Source of the DNA: Marispirochaeta sp.
Lineage (GTDB): Bacteria > Spirochaetota > Spirochaetia > JC444 > Marispirochaetaceae
Direction: 5' to 3'
DNA: 64,000 nt
Assembly: GCA_963676835.2 (NCBI GenBank)
Contig: CAXXFF010000003.1
Location: forward strand, 704,001-768,000
Positions within the stretch are counted from its first letter, which is position 1, and each line of letters begins with the position of its first letter. Made by a program: the position numbers and the translations under genes. This document shows positions 40,861 to 51,299 of the stretch, in pieces. The notes beneath the pieces are model-generated. The model saw only the letters and a list, made by a program, of their open reading frames with translations. It had not been told where the DNA came from and did not search any database.

Positions 40861-41814
40861 CTAGGGCAGGGGAACCAGGTACTGCGGAGTTTTTCCGCTT
40901 AGGACATCCACTATACCTTCCGCCGCCCCCATGGCTACCCGCACTGCCGATTCCTTCGTAGATCCTGCACTGTGGGGAGAAAGTATTACATTCTCCATTT
41001 TCATCAGGGGATTATCCATTTCCGGAGGCTCTGTACTGAATACATCCAGAGCGGCGCCGGCTATTCTTTTTTCCTGCAAGGCTGAAATAAGTGCTGATTC
41101 ATCAACCACAGGGCCTCGGCCGCAGTTGATAAAAAAGGCTGATTCTTTCATAAGGGCGAATTCTTTCTTCCCTACGCTGCCCCGGGTTTCGTCGGTATCC
41201 GGAACATGGAGACTGATAAAATCAGCTTCGATGAAAATACGGCTTCTGTCCTCGGTGAGTTCAACCCATTCGGGAACTGCACTCTTATCAGCATAGGGAT
41301 CAAAGGCAATAACTTTCATATCCAGCCCCAGGGAGGCCTTCCGTGCAACCAGGCTTGCAATCTTACCGATACCGATGAGTCCGAGGGTTTTTCCTGCAAC
41401 ATCCACCCCTACTCCGAAGTTTCTAAAACCCCAGTTTCCGGTTCTGGTGGAGATATCTCCTTTATAGAAATAATGGGCGCTTGCAATAATAAAACCGATG
41501 GTATGTTCCGCCACAGTAAGTACATTCCCAAGGGGACTGTAGGTAAACACAATGCCGAGATCACGGGCCGCAACCCTGTCCACATTGTCATACCCGACAC
41601 CATAGCGTGAAATTACCTTGAGGTTTTTTGCCGCCTCCATAACTTCCCGGGTTATCTTTGCGGTACGCACCAAAAGAGCATCGCAGTCGGCTATTTCCTT
41701 CTTTAAAATCTCCGGAGTAATACCGGTTCCCATCTTAAGCTCATACCCTTTTTCAGTTAAAAAATCTTTTCCCGAAATATCAATATCCTGGGGAATGTAT
41801 ACCTTGTACGTCAT
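40861..41814 (-). CDS. D-isomer-specific 2-hydroxyacid dehydrogenase (SerA-like, no ACT domain)
   Basis: RYGVGYDNVD, GLIGIGKIA, SLHVP, NCGRG, LDVF..EP, SPHSAG. Confidence 0.92.
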   Translation of the reverse strand: MTYKVYIPQDIDISGKDFLTEKGYELKMGTGITPEILKKEIADCDALLVRTAKITREVMEAAKNLKVISRYGVGYDNVDRVAARDLGIVFTYSPLGNVLTVAEHTIGFIIASAHYFYKGDISTRTGNWGFRNFGVGVDVAGKTLGLIGIGKIASLVARKASLGLDMKVIAFDPYADKSAVPEWVELTEDRSRIFIEADFISLHVPDTDETRGSVGKKEFALMKESAFFINCGRGPVVDESALISALQEKRIAGAALDVFSTEPPEMDNPLMKMENVILSPHSAGSTKESAVRVAMGAAEGIVDVLSGKTPQYLVPLP

Positions 41815-41840
41815 ATTATGTTCCTTCTGTCTTACTGTGT

Positions 41841-43016
41841 TTATCCTAAATATTCTCTGGCAATGGATTCCCACTGCCGAATCTTCTCAAGCTGCGGTTC
41901 CAGCTCTCCCTGAGGCATGAGCGCATCCGCTCGTACCGAAAAGTTTTTATGGGGGCACTTTTGTAAAATATCTTCCAGCCGTTCCCGCATGGCTGCCTCA
42001 TCTGCCATGACAATGTCGTTTACCGGGTGCAGGCATATTTCAAGGGCCGTGACATCACCGAAAATACGATCTGCCTCTTCATAGGATGTCCAGGGACCGA
42101 CATGAACCACTCCAAGATTGGGAAGTTTGCTGATAGCCGGCAGAAAAGCGGTAATATTGCCACAGCTGTGCCAGTAACGGATGCCGCCGTACGTTTCTGC
42201 AAGTTCCTTCTCATAGGGAAAAACAAGTTCATCATAAATACTCGGTCCAATGGAAGGACAGTCGATCTCATCATTGAAGAGCTTGATCTTTTCCGGCTGT
42301 TCCCCGGTAAATTTCAGCCGAGCTTCCATCCAGGATTTTTCCCCATCCACAATAAACCGCATGAGGCGGTGTACCCATTCCGGTTCCGCCAGAACATCAA
42401 CAAAAAGGTCGGAGATTCCTCTCATATGCACAGCCATGCAGAAAGGCCCCCGGGCAAGCTCGGGAAACATAACCTTCATTCTGCCATCGGCTACTTCGTT
42501 CATTACCTCATAGAACTCATGAATCTTCGGCATTACACCACTTGTATGGAAATCAGGCAGAGCAAGTTTATCCAGATCATCATAGCTGGTAATGATCGGT
42601 TCCTTTATCCACCCTTCCTTATGTTTCTGCCAGACAACTTCGCTGCCGAAGAGACTCAGCTCGGTAATAACACCAAACCAGATATAGAGTTCGTCGGTGA
42701 ATACATAATTGTCATTGTACAGCCGGTGATGATTCAGACCACGCTGCAGCTGAAACTCCATATGAGTAAGGGGATCATCATAGTATTCGATGAGGTTGGT
42801 ATCATTACTCAGCTTCCGCCAGAGTGATATATCGAGCTCTATAACAAACGGCAGCCGTCCATCATGTTTTGACGGAGCATACCCGCGGGGTTTGTCCCGG
42901 TTCCACCGACCATAATCCTTCCAGAGCATGGCGTTCTGTTTGTTTCTTTCGCTGTGAACAATTTCCAGGTACTGGTCTATCAGCCCGCGAATTCTCTCTA
43001 CTCTTTTTCGGTCCAT
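41841..43016 (-). CDS. URO-D/MtaA-like TIM-barrel protein (HSCG type)
   Basis: RGPF..A..MRG...L..D....PE.VH.L, HSCG; lacks the HemE RQAGR signature. Confidence 0.8.
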   Translation of the reverse strand: MDRKRVERIRGLIDQYLEIVHSERNKQNAMLWKDYGRWNRDKPRGYAPSKHDGRLPFVIELDISLWRKLSNDTNLIEYYDDPLTHMEFQLQRGLNHHRLYNDNYVFTDELYIWFGVITELSLFGSEVVWQKHKEGWIKEPIITSYDDLDKLALPDFHTSGVMPKIHEFYEVMNEVADGRMKVMFPELARGPFCMAVHMRGISDLFVDVLAEPEWVHRLMRFIVDGEKSWMEARLKFTGEQPEKIKLFNDEIDCPSIGPSIYDELVFPYEKELAETYGGIRYWHSCGNITAFLPAISKLPNLGVVHVGPWTSYEEADRIFGDVTALEICLHPVNDIVMADEAAMRERLEDILQKCPHKNFSVRADALMPQGELEPQLEKIRQWESIAREYLG

Positions 43017-43088
43017 AAATTTCCTTCTTTCATTGCTTATCCTGCCTTAACAGCAGGTTTCACAGGTGTTTAAAGTTGCTGTCGGATG

Positions 43089-44267
43089 CTATGCCCTTGT
43101 AAAATTGTGGCGCTGAACCGTATGGGCATTCAGCCAGTCCCAGTCATATTCCACCCCCAGCCCGGGTCCGTCGGGAATCGTTATGTTTCCGTTTTTATCT
43201 ATGGAATCGAGTTCGTCTTTATAGTCGTCGGCATAACAGGGAGGAAGTACATTTCCCATTTTCGGACCTACCGTTGCAAGCTCATAATAGTTGGTGTTTC
43301 TGACTGCGCCGATCACCTGCCGGTGGGCAGGTCCGCAGGCGTGGACTTCCACATCGAGACCGAAGGCCTCCGCCATGCGGGCGGTTTTTACGGCGCCGCT
43401 GATACCCATATCGTATTCCGGGTCTGTCCGCACAAAGTCAGTACCCCCTTCAAGGATAACCGAGCACTTTGACTCCAAAGCCCTCACATGTTCGGTTATG
43501 AGTATTGGTGTTTTTATAAACTGTCGGAGCTTTTTATGAGAAAAAGCGGACATCGAATTATCCCGATAGGGATCCTCATACCAGAAGTAGTTTGCTTCGT
43601 CACAGGCTTTTCCCACGTAGAGGGCATCGGCAAAATTTTTCAGATCCGACGCAGCATCGTACATCAGTGTCATTTTATCACCGATTTTCTGCCTCAGCCG
43701 CCGGATCAGTTCCACTTCCACCTTTGCATCACCATCAAACCATCCGTGATGCTTGAATGCGGTATATCCCATTGAATGACACTGCTCCGCGAAATCGGCA
43801 AACGCCTCGTAGCTGTCCAGCATTCCTGTGTGATCGCCATGAAAGGTACTTGCATAAGCAGGTACGGTATCCCGGAATTTTCCCAGCATGCGTGAGATAG
43901 ATTTTCCGGCCTGCTTCCCCGCAAGATCCCAGAGAACAATATCTACCGGCCCCTGCCCCATATGGTCCGTATGGCAGAGCCTGCGGTTCCATTCATTAAA
44001 GAATGCTTCCCGCATATCCGAATCTCTGCCCGGAAGGTCCGCCGCAAGCTGCAGAGTCTGTGCAAGAGCATGACGGGTTGCACCCCATAGTGCAACATAT
44101 TCTCCTCTTGATCCGTCGCTGCATTCAACCACCAGGGCATATTTCGTCATGGGCATACTGCTGCCTTTCACATAGCCCACATGATTATGGGCATCTTTAA
44201 ATGCGACTCCCAGGTTTTCAACGTTATAGGTAAATTCGATTACTTCAACTCTATCGATAATTGGCAT
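43089..44267 (-). CDS. Mandelate racemase/MLE-subgroup enolase-superfamily enzyme
   Basis: VDIVLWDL.GK, PAYAS, FKHH, MYDA, WYEDP, TEH, EVH, PDGPGLGVE. Confidence 0.9.
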   Translation of the reverse strand: MPIIDRVEVIEFTYNVENLGVAFKDAHNHVGYVKGSSMPMTKYALVVECSDGSRGEYVALWGATRHALAQTLQLAADLPGRDSDMREAFFNEWNRRLCHTDHMGQGPVDIVLWDLAGKQAGKSISRMLGKFRDTVPAYASTFHGDHTGMLDSYEAFADFAEQCHSMGYTAFKHHGWFDGDAKVEVELIRRLRQKIGDKMTLMYDAASDLKNFADALYVGKACDEANYFWYEDPYRDNSMSAFSHKKLRQFIKTPILITEHVRALESKCSVILEGGTDFVRTDPEYDMGISGAVKTARMAEAFGLDVEVHACGPAHRQVIGAVRNTNYYELATVGPKMGNVLPPCYADDYKDELDSIDKNGNITIPDGPGLGVEYDWDWLNAHTVQRHNFTRA

Positions 44268-44374
44268 TCATGCCCCTCCACAAGATATTGGCTCATATTT
44301 ATTTTGTACGCAATATATTCTTATATTATTACAAAGGGGGGTCTATAGTATAGACACCCCCGTGCAAACAGATA

Positions 44375-45877
44375 TTACTTGCCGCTGATATTTTTTTGCA
44401 GCTTGTACTCTTTATAATTATTTCGAATGGAAACTATGAGAGATATAAGCGCCACCGACAGAAAGACAATGGAAATGGGCTTATGCAGAAAAGGCGCATA
44501 ACTTCCGTTACTTAACTGCAGACCACGGCGCAGGTTCAGCTCTGCGATGGGGCCGAGAATAAACCCGAGCACCACCGGGGGCATGGGAAATCCAAGCTTC
44601 ATCAGACCGTAACCAACCAGCCCGAATACCAGCAGACATATTACATCGAACATGCGGTTATTGGCCGCATAGGCACCGACTACACAGAGCACCATGATTA
44701 TGGGAAAAAGAATGTGCTTGGGGATAGAGAGAAGCCGTACAAACCCGCGCATACCGAAGAACTCAAGGGCGATCATGGCAAAGTTTGCCACAATAAGTGC
44801 GGCAAAAATGCTGTAAACAATAGGCCCGTTTGTTGTAAACAGCAGAGGTCCCGGCCGGATACCATGAATCATCAACCCCCCAAGAAGCATTGCGGTTACC
44901 GTATCACCGGGAATTCCCAGGGTGAGAAGCGGCACCAGCGCACCTCCAACTGACGCGTTGTTGGCAGACTCAGAAGCGACAATACCGTCCATAATCCCTG
45001 TACCGAACTTTTCCGGATGCTTCGACTGATTCTTTGCAGTTATATAGGCAATGATATTGGAGGTTGCTCCGCCGATGCCGGGAAGGATGCCGATTCCTGT
45101 ACCTATCACACTGGACCGGAACAGGTTAAAAAGCTGCTGAACAAACTCCTTCAGACTGAAACCAAAGCCTTTTATCTTGTAGTCGGCGATCTCATTTTTG
45201 GTTACATCCGCCTCTTTTGATTCTGCTTTTCTGATAATCTCCCCTACTGCATATAAACCAATCAAAAGCGGAAGCAGACCGAATCCGGCATCAAGACCGT
45301 GTACGCCGAAGGTAAAACGGGGATACCCGTCCAAAGGAGCAACTCCTACCAGAGACAGGGCAATGCCCATTCCTCCGGCAATCAAACCTTTAATAAGTGA
45401 CCCCTGGGAAAGACTTGCAATCATGGTAAGGGCGAATACAGCAATGGAAAAGTAGTCGTACGAAGAGAACTTGAGAGCAATACGAGCCAGAGGCGGTGAG
45501 ATAAAGATAAGGATCAAGATACTGAACAGACCGCCAAGAAAAGAGTACACAATTCCGATTCCAAGAGCCTTGCCGGCTTCCCCCCTGGCAGCCATGGGAT
45601 GGCCGTCGAAGGTGGTGGCAATTGATGCCGGGGTTCCCGGTATTTTCAGAAGAATCGCGGTAATAAGACCTCCGGAAATTCCTCCTATGTACAGGGCAAC
45701 CAGCAGCGACATACCGTTGAGAGGCTGCAGCCCGAAGGTTATGGGCAGCATAAGTGCAACGGCCATGGTTGCAGTCATTCCCGGTATGGCGCCGAAAATA
45801 ATTCCTACAAATACACCTATCAATATAAGCAGCAGTGTCTTTATGTTAAGAACTGCAAGTAGTCCGGTTAATAACAT
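44375..45877 (-). CDS. tctA: Tripartite tricarboxylate transporter large permease TctA (copy 1)
   Basis: GAIPGMTA, IPGTPAS..T.FDG.PM, GILPG.G, ESANNA, LTLGIPG. Confidence 0.95.
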   Translation of the reverse strand: MLLTGLLAVLNIKTLLLILIGVFVGIIFGAIPGMTATMAVALMLPITFGLQPLNGMSLLVALYIGGISGGLITAILLKIPGTPASIATTFDGHPMAARGEAGKALGIGIVYSFLGGLFSILILIFISPPLARIALKFSSYDYFSIAVFALTMIASLSQGSLIKGLIAGGMGIALSLVGVAPLDGYPRFTFGVHGLDAGFGLLPLLIGLYAVGEIIRKAESKEADVTKNEIADYKIKGFGFSLKEFVQQLFNLFRSSVIGTGIGILPGIGGATSNIIAYITAKNQSKHPEKFGTGIMDGIVASESANNASVGGALVPLLTLGIPGDTVTAMLLGGLMIHGIRPGPLLFTTNGPIVYSIFAALIVANFAMIALEFFGMRGFVRLLSIPKHILFPIIMVLCVVGAYAANNRMFDVICLLVFGLVGYGLMKLGFPMPPVVLGFILGPIAELNLRRGLQLSNGSYAPFLHKPISIVFLSVALISLIVSIRNNYKEYKLQKNISGK

Positions 45878-45889
45878 CCCTGAACTCTC

Positions 45890-46378
45890 CTAACCAAGGA
45901 TTCCCGCCGGCAGCAGCAGGTTGAAGAAATTTACAAACAGTACATAAACACTTACCGGAATTACCACGGAGAGGATAATAAACAGCAGGAGATTCCGATG
46001 CCCCGCCGGTGCAAGAATGTACATTTGCCCGAAAAGAAAAATGGCCGACATAACTATAAAACCTACGGGCCGCAGCAGAAAAACATAGGCAATCAGTAGA
46101 AAGATTGTAAGGAGCAGGGTCTTCAGTTCAATTTCGGCCCCACCGGATTTTTTCGTTTCTTCAGGTGTTTCAGCTTTTCTTATCAGTTTATTTACAAGAA
46201 TCGAAACCAGGTGTATTACACTCAGTCCGATAATATAGACTGCCACAGCCTTCGGCAGATAATCGGGACCTACACCGGCGAGCCTGGTTTTACCAATGGT
46301 AAAAGAAACCAGCAGAATGAATATCCCAAAAAATAAGGCAAAAACCCCTGAAAAGAGGTCTCGTTTAAGATTTACCAT
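45890..46378 (-). CDS. tctB: TctB small permease (copy 1)
   Basis: 4 TM, GPDYLP, C-terminal LPAGILG; lies between tctC and tctA. Confidence 0.88.
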   Translation of the reverse strand: MVNLKRDLFSGVFALFFGIFILLVSFTIGKTRLAGVGPDYLPKAVAVYIIGLSVIHLVSILVNKLIRKAETPEETKKSGGAEIELKTLLLTIFLLIAYVFLLRPVGFIVMSAIFLFGQMYILAPAGHRNLLLFIILSVVIPVSVYVLFVNFFNLLLPAGILG

Positions 46379-46452
46379 GTTTGTTCCTCAAATAAAGATT
46401 GCCGCCGGATGCAGAGAGCAAATCCGGCGACGAAATAAAAATGTAGAAGCTC

Positions 46453-47445
46453 TTAGTTAACCTTAAGCTGGTCCTTGTATTTCATAATAACCGTGCGCTG
46501 TGCAGTAAGTTCCTTAACTGCATCTGCGCCTGCCCTGAAATAGGGCTTCTGAAAATAGGCTTTCTGAATCTCATCCCGATAGACCTGCATCTCCGAAACC
46601 TTCTTTGCTGCATCGGTAAAGGTTGCAACGATTTCCGCAGGGGTTCCTTTGGGGAAGGCAAAATAATAGAGCATATCCAGAGTGGAATCGGGAAATCCCA
46701 GTTCTGAAACAGTGGGGATATCCGGAGCTTCTTCAAGCCGGACAGACCCGGTATTGGCGAGTGCTTTTACTTCACCGCTGTCGATATAGTCCTTCATCAT
46801 ACCGTAAGCATTGGGAATAATATCAACATGGCCGCCCATCATGGCTGCCAGCCGGTCGGATCCGCCGCCGAAGTCTGCAAGGTTGAATTTGGCACCCTGA
46901 GAGTTAAGGGTTGTTCCGATAAAATAGGTTGTTGCCCCGGTGTTGGCTGCATAGGTTATGGTATTGGGATTCTTTTTACTTGCAGCTACTGCTTCTTCAA
47001 AGGTGTTGTAGGGAGAGTCTTTGCTGGCGAAAAGCATAGTGGAAGTGTTTCTTGCACCGATTGCAGCAATTTCAAAAGCGTCCATAATATTCTGCTCCCA
47101 GACTCCTGCAGCCTCACCTACCAGAAGTGCACTGTGGCACCAGAGAACAGTATATCCGTCGGGATCGGCATCGAGAACCTGACGGGCGCCAACGGTACCG
47201 CCGGAGCCGCTTACATTGGTAACAACAACAGGGACTCCCAGAATATCTTTCAGATATTTAGCATACATCCTGCCGTTGAAGTCTGTATCTCCACCGGGAT
47301 TATAGGGCACGACAATCTGAATTGATTTTGCCGGCCAGGTTTTGCCGGACTGACCCTGCTCCTGAGAACCGTTTGCAAAGAGCCCGGGCACCAATAGCAG
47401 TACTATCAACAGAACAGCAAAAATTTTGAAAAATGACTTCATCAT
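46453..47445 (-). CDS. tctC: TctC/Bug substrate-binding protein (copy 1)
   Basis: WP.K.I...VPYNPGGDTD, N..GSGG.VG, PDGYT, P.GTP. Confidence 0.93.
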   Translation of the reverse strand: MMKSFFKIFAVLLIVLLLVPGLFANGSQEQGQSGKTWPAKSIQIVVPYNPGGDTDFNGRMYAKYLKDILGVPVVVTNVSGSGGTVGARQVLDADPDGYTVLWCHSALLVGEAAGVWEQNIMDAFEIAAIGARNTSTMLFASKDSPYNTFEEAVAASKKNPNTITYAANTGATTYFIGTTLNSQGAKFNLADFGGGSDRLAAMMGGHVDIIPNAYGMMKDYIDSGEVKALANTGSVRLEEAPDIPTVSELGFPDSTLDMLYYFAFPKGTPAEIVATFTDAAKKVSEMQVYRDEIQKAYFQKPYFRAGADAVKELTAQRTVIMKYKDQLKVN

Positions 47446-47490
47446 CTTTCCTCCTTATTGTATCTGCGGGGAAATCCTGATTTATCGGGT

Positions 47491-47593
47491 ATATATTGCG
47501 TACAATTTATTACCCGATTAGTTAAGATCTCCCTGCGATGAAGAAATCTTAACACGGGTCCTAAATACGGGCAATAAATATTTTGTATACATT
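47491..47593 (-). promoter_or_regulatory. Sigma-70 promoter of tctC1 flanked by GntR-like boxes
   Basis: TTGCCC(47574-69)-17 bp-TAAGAT(47551-46); ATTGCGTACAAT 47495-506 and TTGTATACA 47583-91. Confidence 0.6.
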
Positions 47594-47699
47594 CTATCGA
47601 TAATTATATACGGATTTAACAGAATGAAAAAACGATGTGCCCCAAAAAAAGGCCGCCCGTTTTCGAGCGACCTGTAATTAAAATGCAGCAATTTACCGC

Positions 47700-48830
47700 T
47701 TACCCCTTAAGCGGGTAAACTCCATACTTTTTTCGTGCAGCAAGCATTGCCTTGTAGTTCTCGATACTGGTTCCTTTTTCAATGCTGTTACCGCTGGCAA
47801 GGACGTAGCCGCCGCCGGGTCCACCATTCTCAATTGAATATTTAACCTCGGCATCAACAGATTCCGGAGTGCCTTCGATAAGGCTTTCAACGTTCACTCC
47901 ACCGAAGAAACAGAGTTTACCGCTGTACTTTTCTTTCAGCAGTTTCAGATCCATTCCAATACTGGACTGAATACCATGCCAGCCGTTTACCCCGATTTCA
48001 GCAAAATCATCCAGGGCATCCCACATACTGCCGTCGGTATGTTTGATAAAATATCCTCCACGGTCGTGAGCGGCCTTTACCTGGCGGGTAAGCCCGGGAA
48101 GGATAAGTTCTGCAAAGCGTTCATGGCCCATCATAAGGCCCCGGTTGTCGGCATAGTCGTCGGTGGTCATAACCGCATCCACACCAGCGTCAAAGAAAGC
48201 ATTGATATAGGCTATGCTGCGGTTTACCCAGACTTCGGAGGCTTTCTTTACAAAGTCAGGGTCGAGAATCATCCTCATAAGGTACTCTTCAATGCCCACG
48301 GTCATTTTATAGGCAAAGGAGCCGTCCACCGGTGGGCGTCCGATAATAAAATGGGTATCCCCCATTTCGGCAACCACGGCTTTAATCATGTCCAGCTCGC
48401 TGGGGTCTACCTTGAAATCTTCATCGGGATCGGGGAGATCATCAATGGTCATTTCCGTGTTGTAGTGGGGAGAAATCTGCTGCCCTATTTCAGCGTTAAA
48501 GTGAAACTGGTTACCCTTTTCATCCTCCCAGTCATACTCACCCAGCATTTTGGGACGTTTGTACTCTTTGGCTGCAGGGGCTGCAGGAACACGGATATAA
48601 TCATGCTCAAGGGCCTTTGCAAGATCAATCATTACATTGGAACAGTGATCCACAAACTCATCGCGCTTACCGTCCCAGCAGTGGGTCAGCTGGGCGAAGG
48701 CATCGGTATACATAACTGTACGGCCAAGTATCTCTGTAGCGGTAGTCTGGTGAATCATGTTTTCTCCGGTGGGGACCATATCCGGTTCCTTATGATTCAG
48801 TGCTGCAATAACTCGTTCTTTTGGTGTCAT
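47700..48830 (-). CDS. URO-D-family TIM-barrel protein (HTDG type), paralog A
   Basis: MTPKERVIAALNH.EPD.VP, TDDYA, KHTDG, FFGGVN, GGGYVLASGN. Confidence 0.88.
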   Translation of the reverse strand: MTPKERVIAALNHKEPDMVPTGENMIHQTTATEILGRTVMYTDAFAQLTHCWDGKRDEFVDHCSNVMIDLAKALEHDYIRVPAAPAAKEYKRPKMLGEYDWEDEKGNQFHFNAEIGQQISPHYNTEMTIDDLPDPDEDFKVDPSELDMIKAVVAEMGDTHFIIGRPPVDGSFAYKMTVGIEEYLMRMILDPDFVKKASEVWVNRSIAYINAFFDAGVDAVMTTDDYADNRGLMMGHERFAELILPGLTRQVKAAHDRGGYFIKHTDGSMWDALDDFAEIGVNGWHGIQSSIGMDLKLLKEKYSGKLCFFGGVNVESLIEGTPESVDAEVKYSIENGGPGGGYVLASGNSIEKGTSIENYKAMLAARKKYGVYPLKG

Positions 48831-48982
48831 TAACCTCTCCTCATGCTATGCATTCCGCATGCATGGCATTGTTTTTTCCCGCTGTCTGTTACCGGACAGC
48901 GTCAGTTACAATTCTTTTCAGCCTGTGGACTGATAATATCTTTCAGGAGTATCCCCTCAAGACCTGATAGTCTCCACTATAT

Positions 48983-48998
48983 TGCAAAGACCATGCCA
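48983..48998 (-). promoter_or_regulatory. Sigma-54 (-24/-12) promoter of URO-D paralog A
   Basis: Minus strand TGGCATG-GTCT-TTGCA with canonical GG/GC spacing. Confidence 0.8.
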
Positions 48999-49145
48999 AA
49001 AACCGAAACCAAAGTAACGTATCTATCTTCTTACATAACAAACAATTAGTCAGATATTCAATTATTGATCAGCAACATATCGCAATCTTGCTACACACGT
49101 CGCGAAACATGCAACATTTATAGAATATACAAGGAACAACGGAAC

Positions 49146-49181
49146 AAAAAAATGAGACCCTTCGAATACTCGAAGGGTCTC
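49146..49181 (-). terminator. Intrinsic terminator after tctA2
   Basis: GAGACCCTTCGA-loop-TCGAAGGGTCTC with a T run on the minus strand. Confidence 0.8.
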
Positions 49182-49205
49182 CCACACATTAGAAAGTACC
49201 AATAA

Positions 49206-50717
49206 TCAGTTCTCAACCTGCCGGTTAAACTTGCTGAGAAAGATTACAAATACAACAGACAGAACGAGGAATATAAGACTGTCTATTTCGGTAAAAAATA
49301 CCAGCAAATTGTTGTGCGATATTGACAGCACCCGTCGAAAGTATTCCTCAAAGAGTGGCCCCAGAAGGGCTCCAAGAATAAACGGGACCGAAGGATATTT
49401 CTGTCCCCGGAGAAAATAGATCATTACTCCCACCGCAAGGCCTACAAACATCTGAAATACCGAGTAGGTGGCTGCATATGCCCCGGTGAGGGATATGGCA
49501 GCAATGCTTGAGTAAAGAACCAGGCGGTTGATCTTTACGATTTTGATATAGTAAGGCCCGAAAATAAAAAGTGAAAGCGGCATAAGCACTGCAGCTGCAA
49601 AGGCAAGGGCGGCATACATGGGAGCTACCAGATAGAGCTGCTTGGAAAGAATTTCCGGTCCGGGAATAACTCCGTAAACCATAAGAACGCCAAGTACAAT
49701 GGCGGTTACACCATCTCCGGGAATACCGAAGGTCAGCATTGGTACAAGTGCACCTCCGCAGACTGCGTTGTTTGCACCTTCGGCACAGGCGATCCCTTCA
49801 TAAAAACCGGTACCATATTTTTCCGGATGCTTTGAAGAGCGTTTACCCTCTGCATAGGATACAAAGGCAGCCATACTACCCCCTGCACCGGGCAGGGCTC
49901 CAATAAAATAACCGATCAAAGCACTTTTCAGGTAACGCCAGGCTCCAACTGCCTTGACTTCCTCCCACTTGGGAATAAAGTCCCGTCGGCGGATTTTCAT
50001 TCCCTCCGAGGCTTCAGCTATTTTTCTGAACTCAGCATTGCTGATTGCCGACTGGGTCAGAAGCTCTGAGATCGCGAAGGCTCCAATAACAATGGGAACA
50101 AACTCAAAGCCTTCAAGCAGTGTAATTGAGCCGAAAGTAAAACGCTGGGTCGGCCGCATAACGCCCATCCCAACCGTTGCCAGCACAAGACCGATGATGG
50201 TCATCATGGCTGCCTTGGGCCAGTCTTTTCCGGAAAGTGCCGCAATTACAACAAAGGCGAAAAGTATCAGCGAAGCCTTTCCGGGGGTTTTTATCATAAG
50301 TGCGACTTTTACCGCCAGCGGTGAGATGGCAATAAGCAGAATTACACCGATGGTTCCGCCGATGGCAGAGGCCAGGGTGGAATGAGCAAGAGCCTTCGCT
50401 CCCTGCCCCTGCTTCATCATAAGGTGGCCGTCGATTGCCGTCATCGCTCCCGAGGGAGCTCCCGGTATATTTATGGTAATGGCGGTAATTGAACCGGAGT
50501 ACATACCAGCCATGTAAATTCCCATACACATAAAAAGTGCCGCATTCATGGACATGCTGTATGTCATGGGCAGCAGAAGCACTATAGCAAGCGTTGCCGT
50601 TAGACCCGGAATTGAACCGAAAATAACACCTACTACAAAGCCGAACATAAGCGTCAGCAGCAGGATTGGATCTGCCAGCAGGGTGAATGCATCAAGTATT
50701 TGTCCTATGGTAGACAT
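49206..50717 (-). CDS. tctA: TctA (copy 2)
   Basis: GSIPGLTA, NIPGAPS, GALPGAG, EGANNA, LTFGIPG. Confidence 0.95.
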   Translation of the reverse strand: MSTIGQILDAFTLLADPILLLTLMFGFVVGVIFGSIPGLTATLAIVLLLPMTYSMSMNAALFMCMGIYMAGMYSGSITAITINIPGAPSGAMTAIDGHLMMKQGQGAKALAHSTLASAIGGTIGVILLIAISPLAVKVALMIKTPGKASLILFAFVVIAALSGKDWPKAAMMTIIGLVLATVGMGVMRPTQRFTFGSITLLEGFEFVPIVIGAFAISELLTQSAISNAEFRKIAEASEGMKIRRRDFIPKWEEVKAVGAWRYLKSALIGYFIGALPGAGGSMAAFVSYAEGKRSSKHPEKYGTGFYEGIACAEGANNAVCGGALVPMLTFGIPGDGVTAIVLGVLMVYGVIPGPEILSKQLYLVAPMYAALAFAAAVLMPLSLFIFGPYYIKIVKINRLVLYSSIAAISLTGAYAATYSVFQMFVGLAVGVMIYFLRGQKYPSVPFILGALLGPLFEEYFRRVLSISHNNLLVFFTEIDSLIFLVLSVVFVIFLSKFNRQVEN

Positions 50718-50731
50718 AATTCAGGTTCCTC

Positions 50732-51220
50732 CTAATACAATCCGAAGAACATTTTTTCGAACTGCACATTAAAGATCACCCAGTACAGAACGTACACAAC
50801 TCCGGTAATCAGAACTGCGTAAATAAGTTTTCTTACCAACTGCTGAATTTCATCATCAAAAAAGATTAGAAAGAGATAAACATATACCAGTACAGAAGGT
50901 ATTAAACCGGTAAGCTTAAACAGTACGATATACAGCAGTGAGACAATTGAAAGAATCAGGGGGGTGGTAACAACCTTTACAGGCTTATCTGATTCTTTAC
51001 CGCCTTCTTTTTTTACTTCCTGAACGGCATCGTACATAAGCTTTATGGCCAGGGGTATTCCAATAACCCCCAGAAGCACGGGAAAGAAAGACTCACTGGT
51101 TTTCTCTCCCATAAAAAGCGGACCCATGCTGATTCCCAGGGTCAGATAAATAATCAGCGCAACCAGAACAACAGCAGGAACAACTACCCTGGCATGCAGG
51201 TAGGGGTTTCGCAATTCCAT
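50732..51220 (-). CDS. tctB: TctB (copy 2)
   Basis: 4 TM, SFFP; position in a tctCBA operon. Confidence 0.85.
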   Translation of the reverse strand: MELRNPYLHARVVVPAVVLVALIIYLTLGISMGPLFMGEKTSESFFPVLLGVIGIPLAIKLMYDAVQEVKKEGGKESDKPVKVVTTPLILSIVSLLYIVLFKLTGLIPSVLVYVYLFLIFFDDEIQQLVRKLIYAVLITGVVYVLYWVIFNVQFEKMFFGLY

Positions 51221-51247
51221 CAGATTTTCCTTCTAGTTTTAATAGAA

Positions 51248-51276
51248 GGCCGGTCTTTTTATTAAAAAGACCGGCC
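51248..51276. terminator. Long hairpin between tctC2 and tctB2 (attenuator or mRNA stabiliser)
   Basis: GGCCGGTCTTTTTA-T-TAAAAAGACCGGCC. Confidence 0.6.
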
Positions 51277-51299
51277 CTACAATTCCGTATTCCGGATGA

